DNA from: a virus
Lineage: Duplodnaviria > Caudoviricetes
IMG/VR virus record: IMGVR_UViG_3300043764_000023
Location: 1-48,893 of that record
DNA: 48,893 nucleotides
Direction: 5' to 3' (one strand)
The translations under genes were made by a program, and so were the position numbers. Under the pieces are notes generated by a model. It saw only the letters and a program-made list of their open reading frames with translations. It was not told where the DNA came from and did not search any database. This document shows, one piece after another, positions 27,188 through 37,080 of the stretch (position 1 is its first letter; the number at the start of each line of letters is the position of its first letter).

Positions 27188-28761
27188 TTTCCCGTCGTTG
27201 CACTATTTAACTTTGCAGAAATTTGAGCTGTTAATTTACTGTACTGAGTCATTAAACTTTTCTTTTGCGAATCTGTAACACCTTTTGCACTAACTTGTTT
27301 CATAATATCGTCACGTTGTTTTGTTAATTCTTTAACTTGACGAGTTACATCGGCATTATTTAAAGAAGCTAGAGTTTTATTAACTGAGTCATCGTATTTA
27401 TTCTGAGCTAGTTTCAATTGACCTGACTTAATATCTAAGTTTTTCGCTGAAATTTCAAGCTGTTTTTGTTTTACAGCAAGATCACCGAGCATTTTTGAAT
27501 AGTTTGTGTTGGCATTTTTCGCACTTGTATTCGCATTTTGCTGTTTAATTGCGTTATTTATCATATCATTTTGCGATTTTTGGTCTAGTTTCAAGTAATC
27601 TAGGGTCTTAATCGGATTCCCTTTTTTATCTGTGACCATTTTACCGTTAGAGTACAAATAGCCAGTTGAAGAAGTTAACTGCTTGTCCCGCTCATCTTGA
27701 ATTTTCATCAGTGATGTATTCGCATTAACCTGAGCAGTTATTTTTGCTGTATCTGCTTTTTGCCCATCAAGTGTGCGTAATGGGTTTCCTTTTGAATCCT
27801 TCATGACCTGACCTGTTTGCGGATCATAAACAAACCCTGTTTGACTTGACATTGCATTTGCATAATCGGAAATTTGTTTTGCTTTTGCTGCATCAATTTG
27901 AGCTTGCTGTGCATCCTGAGCTTGTTTTTGAGCTGCAAACCCACCACTTGCTTTAAAGTCAGACAGTTGTTTTGCTGCCATCGCATCAGGATTCATTTGT
28001 AATAACTGCTGGTTCGCATCGTTAATCATACCCGCATACCTAGACGACATATCTGCCATGTTCTGATTGTACTGGTTCGTAGCATTTGCACTATTTTGGT
28101 TAAACACATTTTGAATATTGTTCTTTTCATTAGCTGCTTGGTCGTATGAGCTTTGCAAGTTACGATTTCCGCTCATCGCAAGTCTATTTCTTGCTTCATC
28201 ACCAATACCACTTGTATTCATTCCCCTGTTTGCGAGTGATTGCTCGTTATTTAAAGCATCTAGGTAATTCTGACCAAGTACGTTATTTAATGTTGTATTT
28301 AAGTTTTTATCAGCTAGGTTCATCGAATCATTTCGCCCACTTGTTAAAGAAGACATGTACTGATTGAACGCATCCTGAGCCTGTTGTTGCTGCTGTTGTT
28401 GCTGGCTTTGTAATCCGCCTATATAATCTTTCATTCCGTTAATCATCGGATCATACTGCTGATGCCACGCATCTTGAAACTGTTTCAGTAAATCTCCATA
28501 TCTTGCGTCTTCCGTCTTATAATCCATCCCGTTCGATACTCCGCTGATAGGAGCTGAGTTTGCTAAATTTCCAAGCGAAGTTCCCTTTAAGACACCTTGA
28601 GCTTGTTTATTTCCACTTAACGCACTAATCGCTGTCTGAACAGGGTTCGTTGGAACAACTGGCTTTGTAACTGTGGGTGTTGTTGGTTTCGGTGCGACTG
28701 GTGCTGGAGATTTTACAATACCTGCCGATGGAGCTGGTACAATTCCGCCTACGATTCCCAT
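27184..28761 (-). CDS. Internal virion/ejection protein (Q/N-rich, coiled coil)
   Basis: LANRGMNTSGI motif, repeated TG(F/Y).Y...D.KGNP..TLD units. Confidence 0.65.
   Translation of the reverse strand: MGIVGGIVPAPSAGIVKSPAPVAPKPTTPTVTKPVVPTNPVQTAISALSGNKQAQGVLKGTSLGNLANSAPISGVSNGMDYKTEDARYGDLLKQFQDAWHQQYDPMINGMKDYIGGLQSQQQQQQQQAQDAFNQYMSSLTSGRNDSMNLADKNLNTTLNNVLGQNYLDALNNEQSLANRGMNTSGIGDEARNRLAMSGNRNLQSSYDQAANEKNNIQNVFNQNSANATNQYNQNMADMSSRYAGMINDANQQLLQMNPDAMAAKQLSDFKASGGFAAQKQAQDAQQAQIDAAKAKQISDYANAMSSQTGFVYDPQTGQVMKDSKGNPLRTLDGQKADTAKITAQVNANTSLMKIQDERDKQLTSSTGYLYSNGKMVTDKKGNPIKTLDYLKLDQKSQNDMINNAIKQQNANTSAKNANTNYSKMLGDLAVKQKQLEISAKNLDIKSGQLKLAQNKYDDSVNKTLASLNNADVTRQVKELTKQRDDIMKQVSAKGVTDSQKKSLMTQYSKLTAQISAKLNSATTGK
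27187..27193 (-). other. Programmed -1 frameshift heptamer G GGA AAG
   Basis: In-frame G-GGA-AAG directly before TAA of the 525-aa gene. Confidence 0.7.
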
Positions 28762-28810
28762 ACTACAAAAAACCTCCTTTACAGAATTTTCGTATTATTG
28801 TATTACGTTT

Positions 28811-28819
28811 ATTATAGCA
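28811..28819 (-). promoter_or_regulatory. Extended -10 promoter for ejection genes
   Basis: TGcTATAAT on the - strand just after a terminator. Confidence 0.5.
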
Positions 28820-28828
28820 TACACAAAT

Positions 28829-28857
28829 AAAAAAGAGGAAGAAAAATCTTCCTCTTT
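28829..28857 (-). terminator. Rho-independent terminator
   Basis: AAAGAGGAAGA-tttt-TCTTCCTC followed by T6 on the - strand. Confidence 0.8.
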
Positions 28858-28861
28858 CTCA

Positions 28862-29002
28862 TCATACTTGGACGATTAAATCTTGTTTCCCGTCACCGAC
28901 TAAAATCTTGTCAATATCGGATTTGAACTGTGGGTACTTAGATACTACCGCTAAGTAGCTTAATCTACCCGCTTCAATTTCTGTTGCGAAATATGCTGCC
29001 AT
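28862..29002 (-). CDS. Small tail-fibre-associated protein (46 aa)
   Basis: GGAGG RBS; MAAYFATEIEAGRLSY...IDKIL..GKQDLI. Confidence 0.65.
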   Translation of the reverse strand: MAAYFATEIEAGRLSYLAVVSKYPQFKSDIDKILVGDGKQDLIVQV

Positions 29003-29003
29003 A

Positions 29004-29375
29004 CTACATTCCTCCCATTAATAAGAAATTTATAGCTACTCGAGATTGATCGAGTAATTCCTTTAAGTCAGTGATTTGGTCAACGAATGGTTTCTCAGGT
29101 GTTGTATCCCCGTTATCTGTCGGATGCATAAACCTAAGTTCTTTCGTCACTAAATCGACTTTTACATTTAGACCACATACTGCAAAATCCTGATCGTACT
29201 GGTCATTATAGAGTTCAAGTAGCCCAATCGTATTAACCGCCCGATTGTTTAAATCTTTAATAGATTGATAATCCTCATCAAACGTTGTCTTGATAAAATC
29301 CGCATTTGGCTTCGCTTCCATGCGAATCACACTACCCGTTTGATTGTCATAATATATCTTTCGATAATAAGCCAT
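29004..29375 (-). CDS. Tail fibre assembly/chaperone-like protein
   Basis: RKIYYD..TG.VI pattern and C-terminal coiled coil, directly after the fibre gene. Confidence 0.6.
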   Translation of the reverse strand: MAYYRKIYYDNQTGSVIRMEAKPNADFIKTTFDEDYQSIKDLNNRAVNTIGLLELYNDQYDQDFAVCGLNVKVDLVTKELRFMHPTDNGDTTPEKPFVDQITDLKELLDQSRVAINFLLMGGM

Positions 29376-29418
29376 CTAAATCCTCCTTTTTCTTCAAAAA
29401 AGTTTAAAAATTTTTAAT

Positions 29419-31149
29419 TTATCCAATGATTAGACAGGTGTATGTTGCGTTTGGTGATGCGACAGGTATTGTGAACGAACCATTTACAACGGATGCAGGA
29501 GCTACATCACCTTTAATGTGGTAAGTACCAGCTGAACTATTGTAACCGGTGTTAAAATTTATCGACAATTTTACTGGTTTAGGGTATAAATCTCCACCTA
29601 GCTCACTATAAGTAGATGTATCAACAATTCCCCCTGAATTACGGAACGCATAAATAAATGTCGGTTTAAATGGTAAACCTGTCACTGTAAGAAGGGCGAC
29701 ACTGGTTGAACCTGAACCAATATATGGGAAATAACTAGTTGTACTCGAACTCGTCACCGTCACAATCTGAGTCCTAGCTCCGATCCCTTTTGCGATTACT
29801 TTATCAATCAAGTCCTTATTGCTCACCATACTCGTACTAGTCGTTTCAGCAAGTAGTGGTGTATCCGTCCAGTCCCCACTAAATTTAACAGACGGGGTTA
29901 CGTTGTCTTGCCAAATAACTAAAGGTGAATTGAATGTACGGACGTTGTCGCAAACAGATGGGTACAAAATATTAGCTGTTGTATTCGTTGTTACATCTGT
30001 ATAAGCACTCCATGCAGACCCATTATAATTAATGGTACGGATACGATAAAATCCGTTACTGCTTCCACTCGTCCCGTACCAGTAAACATAAAGACCACCG
30101 TACTGGTTACATGTAATAGATGGAGATTGCTGATTATACAAGTTACCATTTGTTAGTTTAATCGGAATTGTCCAAGTACTCCCGCCATCGGTTGATTTAG
30201 CGTAACGGATGTTGTAGTAAGTCGAATCCGTACTATCATAACCTTGCCAAACAACATGAATCGTTCCTGTGCCATCTACGGTTGCAGATGGTAAGGTTTG
30301 GTAGTAAGATGCTGCCGACACCGTATAGGGATAAGTTGAAACAAATGAGCCGCTACTCCATCTTGAACAGCAAACATTTTGAGAAGTACCGCCTATACTG
30401 TTAATAGTGAATAAGATAGCAGGATTTCCATTTACGGCAACAATGCTCGGTGATTGAACATCGGTATTTACTGTATTCACGGTAGATACTTGTATAACAC
30501 TTCCCCAAGTCACACTACCGTCACTATTAATTGTCCCTTTCGCATACCGAATATTGAATGAGTTCGGATAGGTTGCATTTTTACTCGCCCATGCTGCGTG
30601 CAAGGTGTTGTCTGATTGGCTGTAGGTGATGGAGCAGTTACCCATAGCAGTTTGGGTATTGTTGTCTAAATAAGCACCGGATACCTGAACACCACTTGTG
30701 TTATATACCCCGTACCAAACACTTGCAGAATTAAAGTTTACCAACACATAAATATACGTTCCATTAGTCGTAATTGAAACATCTTGCAAAGACGTAGGGC
30801 TTACAGGGTTAACTAATGCAGACCACGTACCACCACCGTCTGTTGACTTATATAAAATAACAGTGGATGCCGGTGTCTTGACAGTGGCAACTAATGTACC
30901 GTTACTTAACCTAACTAACTTCCGTCCACCATTACCACTCGTATCAAATGCACTATTAATCACCTGAACCGCACTTCGACTTGGGTAAGTCGTCGCCCCG
31001 TAAGTTGGTAAATAACCAAGCTGATTAGCTAAAACATTTGTATTCAGTGAACTATTGTACTGCGTGAGTAAACTTGATTTTTGGGAAGGGGATAAATTAT
31101 CCCCACTTGCTAAATCTCTAAATGTGTTGTTTAAAGAGCGAACGGTCAT
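29419..31149 (-). CDS. Receptor-binding/tail fibre protein with BNR/Asp-box repeats
   Basis: YKSTDGGGTW and AKSTDGGSTW Asp-boxes; repeated Q.PSI...G blades; GLPFKP C-terminal fibre motif. Confidence 0.7.
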   Translation of the reverse strand: MTVRSLNNTFRDLASGDNLSPSQKSSLLTQYNSSLNTNVLANQLGYLPTYGATTYPSRSAVQVINSAFDTSGNGGRKLVRLSNGTLVATVKTPASTVILYKSTDGGGTWSALVNPVSPTSLQDVSITTNGTYIYVLVNFNSASVWYGVYNTSGVQVSGAYLDNNTQTAMGNCSITYSQSDNTLHAAWASKNATYPNSFNIRYAKGTINSDGSVTWGSVIQVSTVNTVNTDVQSPSIVAVNGNPAILFTINSIGGTSQNVCCSRWSSGSFVSTYPYTVSAASYYQTLPSATVDGTGTIHVVWQGYDSTDSTYYNIRYAKSTDGGSTWTIPIKLTNGNLYNQQSPSITCNQYGGLYVYWYGTSGSSNGFYRIRTINYNGSAWSAYTDVTTNTTANILYPSVCDNVRTFNSPLVIWQDNVTPSVKFSGDWTDTPLLAETTSTSMVSNKDLIDKVIAKGIGARTQIVTVTSSSTTSYFPYIGSGSTSVALLTVTGLPFKPTFIYAFRNSGGIVDTSTYSELGGDLYPKPVKLSINFNTGYNSSAGTYHIKGDVAPASVVNGSFTIPVASPNATYTCLIIG

Positions 31150-31499
31150 GATGAAATCTCACCACCATCAATGTGAAGTGTGATGGCATTTTGCGTTCCC
31201 TGTATCACCCAAATCGTGTCAGTTGGTTTTAACATTTTATTTAGTCCTGTAATCGGAATTGCTGTATTCGCACCAACCGTCTGAGCTGGAATAAGCTGAT
31301 TGTTAGCAGCTAAACTATTAATACCAAGCATCACAAATGCGGGTGTTGCTGTCGTATTCACAAGCCATATCTCTTTAATATGAGCAGTTGCAGCCCATGA
31401 CGGATAGCCTACTGGAGTATTAGGAGCTGTATATATTGATGTTCCCGCTGTTGGTGGCATAACCCCTTCAACTAGCTTCTTTGGGTAAATTTGAGCCAT
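31146..31499 (-). CDS. Small virion structural protein
   Basis: Beta-rich 117 aa within the tail cluster. Confidence 0.6.
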   Translation of the reverse strand: MAQIYPKKLVEGVMPPTAGTSIYTAPNTPVGYPSWAATAHIKEIWLVNTTATPAFVMLGINSLAANNQLIPAQTVGANTAIPITGLNKMLKPTDTIWVIQGTQNAITLHIDGGEISS

Positions 31500-31513
31500 T
31501 TTTCATTCCTCCT

Positions 31514-31933
31514 TTAAAGTGACATCCAGTACGACCACGTAAAATACGGGTCAGGTTTAATGGCATTTACTTTTCCGTTTACTTCATTGATTGAATTAAC
31601 TAGGTTATCTTTTGCAGTCGTCGAGAGTTTCGTTAAATCACCAAGAGCAAGAGCCTGAGCACCGCCCGTGAAATCTGTTGGTTTTAGACCTTTCCAAGTT
31701 CCGTTATGATCTCCTGTTACGTCTGTTTTGCTAGTTTGTAAGTTCGCGATATTTTGAGTGTTGGTTGCAATATTTCCTTCTGCTACTGTAACCCTCGTCG
31801 TAACTGCTGTTACATTGCTATCTGTGTCGTTATTTGCATTTTTAAGGGTGTCACGTTCAAGCTGATAATCAATCGCATGAACAACGTCCCCTTCTTTCCA
31901 TTGCTTAAATAGATTACTTGGAATCTGTGCCAC
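31514..31933 (-). CDS. Tail fibre base/adaptor protein
   Basis: GTG start; LGDLTKLSTTAKDNLVNSINEV fibre repeat motif. Confidence 0.6.
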   Translation of the reverse strand: MAQIPSNLFKQWKEGDVVHAIDYQLERDTLKNANNDTDSNVTAVTTRVTVAEGNIATNTQNIANLQTSKTDVTGDHNGTWKGLKPTDFTGGAQALALGDLTKLSTTAKDNLVNSINEVNGKVNAIKPDPYFTWSYWMSL

Positions 31934-31945
31934 TTGACTCCCCCC

Positions 31946-34345
31946 TTACTTTGGTTTTCGTAATTTGAAGATATAAGCTACACCTAAGAAATTACAAGGT
32001 AAGTTTTCTTCTTGTACAATTTTAATTTTCGTTCGTCTACATTTACCTGATAGCCTAACCATACTGACGACACTGTCGAGCGTACCAAATGCTGATGTTC
32101 CCATTGTCCACGATCCAAGGACTGTCCCTGAGTCAACATGTACGTTAGGTATTGATGAATTAATCCACTGAACTGATCCGTTTTGGATTTGAATAGCTGT
32201 CGTGTCAGGATTAACCACAATACTACTATCTGCTGACACATAAACTTTTAAGTTTGACGTACTACCTTGCACCTTCATTAAAAGCTGCATTTGTTTTAAG
32301 ACTTTCTTATGGTAGGGCTGACCAAAGTCAAAGTATTTCGTTTCAACAATGAACTTATAGACTTCACCAAGGTCTGTAACAATGCTTAGATTTTTTGGAT
32401 CGAACTGAACAATATCACCAACATCTTTTCGCTGTCCAATTAATAGTCCGTCCCATTCTGTTAACTGGCAAAGTGTCATTTTAGATGACGTATCCCTTGT
32501 CCAAACACCGAGGTCAGTGTAGTATCTAAACCTTACGTTATCCGTCGGATAAATCAGATGGAACTGTTTGTTATAATAAACCCCTACGCAGTCCGTTGAT
32601 TTCGGAACACTATTCCAAATCGCCATATCAACTCGTTTTACGTCCATATGAATCCCGATTGTACGAATAGAGTAAAGGATAAAAATACCCTCTTTTGAAA
32701 CAAAATAGACCCCGTTCGTAACGAGACAAGCCGAATAAGGAGCGATGCACCCAACAGAAGCATTGATGACCATTTTCGTATAATCCTGAGGACTTGACCC
32801 GACAAGCATCTGCGTACTGGTTGGAGTGAAAACAACTAGGTTATTACGGTAGATCACGCAAGCTGTAATCCCTTCTTGACGATTACTCTTAAAGTCAATC
32901 ATGTTATTTGTCGGGAAATATCTCGGATTGTTTAAATGAGAGATATAAAGCTGATTGCTATTAACTGTATCACCGTACATGCAAAGCCTGTCGTTTAGGA
33001 CAAAGATACGATTACACGTTTGAATACCACTTGAACTAAGTGCTGTATTTTGGTCTGTACCGTTTACCGTATATTTTGGATAATTGAATACAACATCTTG
33101 ACCTGTCGTACCTTGCTTACGGACTGAAAAACGGAAACTATAGTCAGTTGCTTCAGTCGGTTTAAAGGTAACTGTTTTTCCTACAGCAGCTAAACTATAA
33201 TCTTGAAGGGTTGTCCAAGCTGAATCAACAACCCGTTTATACTCTGTTTTGTACTCAAGAATATCTGAAGCACCTTTTGTTGTAATCATCGTGAAATTCG
33301 TTGGCTGATTAACAACCCCGTACCGCTTGTCATAGATGATCGTGTCAATGTTAATCGCAATACTGGTACTATCACTCACATAGTTAATTGGGTCGGGGTA
33401 AAGTGCATTATATCCGACATACATCGCATCAAGACCGTTCGGTTTGTATGGTGTGACTGTTTTTGCAGTAGTCCCGTCGTATTCAACAAGTCCTGAGCCT
33501 GTTGCAATGTAAAGCGACGTTTGAAACTGGACTGCTTCAATTCTTCTCGTAGTTTGAAAGTTTGCGAGATTTGTAATAGGAAGTTGAATCCCGTTTTTAT
33601 ATAAAGCCCCGTTAACAGCGGTAATTTCTTCATAGTTTATTGACTGGAACGGTGTAAAAGGTGTTGCGACTGCTCCAACTTCTAACTGAACGTTTGAAAC
33701 GGTAATAGGTAATCCGTTTGCTGAAGTAGTGTCACGCTGTACTTCAATTTTAAAATCAGTTAAATCAGATGCAAGTGTGGTACTTTGGATTAGATTTGAA
33801 CTCCCGCTACTTGCAGGGTAGCTAAGGATAACCGACCAATTTGTATTTGAAACGGTCTTAACAAATACTTGAATCACTCCGTCATTCTGAGATTTCATGT
33901 ACGTCCCAAATTCTAATGTGACCTGATTCCCTTTTAGTCTTGGGATAAGGGTTGAATCCATCGTATAAAGTAAATTGACACCTGTCGAATACGACGAGCT
34001 AAAGGTAATGCTTGCATCTGTTTTAGCTGAAGCTACTGCCCCGTTTTGGAGTGACCAAGAACTATCTGTGAATGGTTTGATAAAGTTCTTTGTTGTCGTT
34101 GGGTTCGCTAAATAATAACGGAAATACCCTTGACCTACACCCGAAACAGGCGGAACGAGTCTTGAAGTCATACCTAAGCGACGAGTGACATTTCCTCTTG
34201 CATCTAGGTCAGCATTCTCAAGAAAAACTAACTCATGATCTTGTAAGTTATCATTTGTTGTAACGGTATTTAACCCGCCTGAGAAATTTTTAAATAACTC
34301 AAGTTTCTTCTCACTTGGATTAGTTAAGTACCCTTGTCTTACCAT
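31946..34345 (-). CDS. Tail nozzle (tubular protein B / P22 gp10-like)
   Basis: NFSGGLNT, ENAD..ARG..RR.G, VGCIAPYS, ETKYFDFG; start revised to 34345. Confidence 0.7.
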   Translation of the reverse strand: MVRQGYLTNPSEKKLELFKNFSGGLNTVTTNDNLQDHELVFLENADLDARGNVTRRLGMTSRLVPPVSGVGQGYFRYYLANPTTTKNFIKPFTDSSWSLQNGAVASAKTDASITFSSSYSTGVNLLYTMDSTLIPRLKGNQVTLEFGTYMKSQNDGVIQVFVKTVSNTNWSVILSYPASSGSSNLIQSTTLASDLTDFKIEVQRDTTSANGLPITVSNVQLEVGAVATPFTPFQSINYEEITAVNGALYKNGIQLPITNLANFQTTRRIEAVQFQTSLYIATGSGLVEYDGTTAKTVTPYKPNGLDAMYVGYNALYPDPINYVSDSTSIAINIDTIIYDKRYGVVNQPTNFTMITTKGASDILEYKTEYKRVVDSAWTTLQDYSLAAVGKTVTFKPTEATDYSFRFSVRKQGTTGQDVVFNYPKYTVNGTDQNTALSSSGIQTCNRIFVLNDRLCMYGDTVNSNQLYISHLNNPRYFPTNNMIDFKSNRQEGITACVIYRNNLVVFTPTSTQMLVGSSPQDYTKMVINASVGCIAPYSACLVTNGVYFVSKEGIFILYSIRTIGIHMDVKRVDMAIWNSVPKSTDCVGVYYNKQFHLIYPTDNVRFRYYTDLGVWTRDTSSKMTLCQLTEWDGLLIGQRKDVGDIVQFDPKNLSIVTDLGEVYKFIVETKYFDFGQPYHKKVLKQMQLLMKVQGSTSNLKVYVSADSSIVVNPDTTAIQIQNGSVQWINSSIPNVHVDSGTVLGSWTMGTSAFGTLDSVVSMVRLSGKCRRTKIKIVQEENLPCNFLGVAYIFKLRKPK

Positions 34346-34347
34346 GC

Positions 34348-34941
34348 TTACCAACCTCCCCATGTTCTAGGCGGAATGTTATATGGCTCTGCTTCTTCCC
34401 ATGTACAGCTAACCTGATCCCCAAGCATTGTTGGAACGGATAATTTAACCGTATTCCCATCTAATCTGTAATCAACCGAACGCTTTTGAGGTGTCCCGTT
34501 TAGATAAACCTGAAGATAGTTAAGGTGCGGGAAAAAGTTTGGCTTTGTAATTTGAAAATCTGTCTGATTTGCGATCGCTATAAACTGCTGTGCAAATGGG
34601 TTATCTTGATAGATTGTTGGTACTTGAATGTAAACCGTCGCTTCACTTAATCTGTGTTCAAATAAATTATCAATGTACTGAGCTTCATTCATTGCTTCAT
34701 CTGACTCTCTGTATCTTGCACACGCATAAATCACAAGTAGTTCATGGTAACGATTATCGAAAACTGGCTCAGTTAAAGCACTTTGAGTCCCGTCGGGATT
34801 TAAAAACTTAGGGAAAACTGCTCCAGCACGTAAGCCGATTCTGTTCTGAGCTTCGTCCATCCACCCTAAAATCAAAATCCCCTCTAATGCTGGCTCTTGT
34901 AAGCGGTCTTGCACCGCTTTAATTAGTGCTTGTACTTGCAT
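34348..34941 (-). CDS. Head-tail adaptor (tubular protein A-like)
   Basis: WMDEAQ..., P.FD.RYHELLV.YA; located between capsid and nozzle genes. Confidence 0.65.
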   Translation of the reverse strand: MQVQALIKAVQDRLQEPALEGILILGWMDEAQNRIGLRAGAVFPKFLNPDGTQSALTEPVFDNRYHELLVIYACARYRESDEAMNEAQYIDNLFEHRLSEATVYIQVPTIYQDNPFAQQFIAIANQTDFQITKPNFFPHLNYLQVYLNGTPQKRSVDYRLDGNTVKLSVPTMLGDQVSCTWEEAEPYNIPPRTWGGW

Positions 34942-34960
34942 AAGACCACTCCTTTCCTAA

Positions 34961-35326
34961 CTAGCAACCAATGCCTTGTAAGTATCCAGTTAATCCGCCT
35001 GTCGTCGGAGCTACTGCTGCTGTTGCAACGAATCTCATTGAACCAATGAAGATTTTAATACCCGTTAATGTACTGTCAAACTGGTTCGCAACAACTGAAC
35101 CACCAGCTACGACTGATACTGTATTTCCGATTGTTGCCCAAGTCACTCCGCCATCAAACGATGCTTGAGTGCTGATTGTGATTGCTTGGTCAGTTGTGTT
35201 GATTAAAACAATCGCCGTATCCTCAAGTTGATCCATTAAAACAGGTACACTTGTCTGCGGTGTTGTCGTTCTGATTGCTAAGTTGTTAAATATCTGTGCA
35301 TTTGAAAGAATTGTATTAAAACTCAT
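34961..35326 (-). CDS. Small beta-rich virion protein
   Basis: 121 aa, ASFDGGVTWATIG. Confidence 0.55.
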   Translation of the reverse strand: MSFNTILSNAQIFNNLAIRTTTPQTSVPVLMDQLEDTAIVLINTTDQAITISTQASFDGGVTWATIGNTVSVVAGGSVVANQFDSTLTGIKIFIGSMRFVATAAVAPTTGGLTGYLQGIGC

Positions 35327-35481
35327 TCTGAAACCTCCTTTTTCTTCCTAGAAACTGGTTTTGGTGCATTTAATTGCACTCTTAAAACATGAACTTCACT
35401 TTTAAGCTCTTTTACTTCCGTAATTAGCTCATTAAATAGTCTTTCAAGTAAAAAATCTGAGTTTGTTAGTGGATTTGACAT
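35323..35481 (-). CDS. Small coiled-coil protein (52 aa)
   Basis: AGGAGG RBS; MSNPLTNSDFLLERLF... Confidence 0.6.
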   Translation of the reverse strand: MSNPLTNSDFLLERLFNELITEVKELKSEVHVLRVQLNAPKPVSRKKKEVSE

Positions 35482-35495
35482 GACTTCCTCCTAAT

Positions 35496-35528
35496 AAAAA
35501 GAGGTAGAGGTAAAAACCTCCACCCCTT
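35496..35528 (-). terminator. Terminator after the major capsid gene
   Basis: GGGGTGGAGGT-tttt-ACCTCTACCTC followed by T5 on the - strand. Confidence 0.75.
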
Positions 35529-35541
35529 GAGTGTGTTTTAA

Positions 35542-36507
35542 TTAAGCGTTACCTGTTCCGTTAGAACCGAATATGCCCCTATAATCGCTATAACCTACTG
35601 AGAACCTGCAATATCCGATGTATTTTTGTTGCATTGTTTCGAATGATTTTTCGTTAGAGAACTCTAAACGTTTTCTCCAAAAGAAGTTAAGTTGTGCCAC
35701 AACTGGATCAATTAAGAACCAAGCTGTATTTGATGTTAAGTAATCAAGAACAACAACTTGTAAGCTGTTTTGAATAACGTTTTTCTCAGTGTTAGAAGCT
35801 ACTAACGCAGTAGAGCCTGTTTGCTGAGAAGTGAATAATCCGTTACCGTTTGGAGATAATCCAGCAGATTGTAAGATTGTTTTTGCTGCGTACTCAAGTG
35901 ATGGCGGTACAACTAAGATTTTAGGTTGTACTTGGATTAAAATACCACGATCATCCACTTGGCGACGAGTTTGAATTAATGCTGCTTTTAAGTTACGGTC
36001 AGATAAAGCACCATCTGCTTGTCCCGCACCATCAGTGTTTGCTAAACGGTTAGACATTGCTCCCCCGTCTAAACGTTTGTGTGTAGATGAGATTAATGTA
36101 TTACCGTCGAAACCGTTAACTGTGAACGCATTATTGAACACTTCAGCCGCTTTAGTTTCGATTGTTGCACGAGCTGAACGAGCTAAAGCAGCAGACATTT
36201 TGTTGATTTGTCCGTATTGCTCGTCGTCCACTAACTTACGTTCAAGTGTGAAACCTGAAGCAAATTCTTCGTGAATGTATTGTAAAGCTGCTGTATCTGT
36301 TGGGTCTTGGAACTGTACAGAACCAGCAGAATCTTTTTTATCCCAAAGACCAAAACCGCCCATACGTAAATCGGTTTCGATGGCTTTGTTCGATTGTTGT
36401 ACGTTGAAAACCTGTGAATACTGCTCAGGAATTTCTTTGTATGTTTCCATGAAAATTTTGCGTAATCCCGGTTCTAGTAATCTACCGTAGTTTGCTGATG
36501 ATAACAT
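35542..36507 (-). CDS. Major capsid protein (Mu gpT-like HK97 fold)
   Basis: LLEPGLRKIF, LVDD.QYG, PKILVVPPSLE, LTSNTAWFL, RFSVGYSDYRG. Confidence 0.88.
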   Translation of the reverse strand: MLSSANYGRLLEPGLRKIFMETYKEIPEQYSQVFNVQQSNKAIETDLRMGGFGLWDKKDSAGSVQFQDPTDTAALQYIHEEFASGFTLERKLVDDEQYGQINKMSAALARSARATIETKAAEVFNNAFTVNGFDGNTLISSTHKRLDGGAMSNRLANTDGAGQADGALSDRNLKAALIQTRRQVDDRGILIQVQPKILVVPPSLEYAAKTILQSAGLSPNGNGLFTSQQTGSTALVASNTEKNVIQNSLQVVVLDYLTSNTAWFLIDPVVAQLNFFWRKRLEFSNEKSFETMQQKYIGYCRFSVGYSDYRGIFGSNGTGNA

Positions 36508-36533
36508 TTGTATTCCCTCCCTTATTCCTTAAA

Positions 36534-37061
36534 TTAGAATGTATTATTCGTTGCCATGATAACAAATACTTTTGTACCGTCTTTTGAAATATCTACTACT
36601 TTAACAACTGGGTTTGCTACGTTTGTAATATCAACCGTTTGATCTCCTGTTGCATCTTGTGAAATACCGTAAGCTACACCTACGTTAGCGTTTGTTGCTA
36701 TCTTACCTGCTGCAACTGGTACTCGGTATACTGAGTCCGTTTCAACACGAATTTTCCCGATACCATTAGGATTACGAGTCATATCTGTTGATGAGCTAGT
36801 GAAAGATGAATTTACTGCTGCATAAGGTTGTCCTTGTGCAACTAAACCAGTAAATGCGATCCCTTCTAGTACTCCTACAGCTTTAGGTGTTGCTTGGTTT
36901 TTTGTACGAGTAACTAATCCACCATTTAGGTAAACTAAATCCCCTTTTTTGTAACCGTTCGTACCAACACCATTTTGGTAGTTCGTAACTGTGTCTAGCG
37001 GAAAGTCTTTAATAGATGATACCGCCATACCATCTAATGAATAAGCGTATTCAAATGCCAT
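36534..37061 (-). CDS. Capsid decoration/cement protein
   Basis: Between scaffold and capsid; KGDLVYL..G, AVGVL. Confidence 0.65.
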   Translation of the reverse strand: MAFEYAYSLDGMAVSSIKDFPLDTVTNYQNGVGTNGYKKGDLVYLNGGLVTRTKNQATPKAVGVLEGIAFTGLVAQGQPYAAVNSSFTSSSTDMTRNPNGIGKIRVETDSVYRVPVAAGKIATNANVGVAYGISQDATGDQTVDITNVANPVVKVVDISKDGTKVFVIMATNNTF

Positions 37062-37080
37062 GTTGTTTCCCTCCTAAAGA

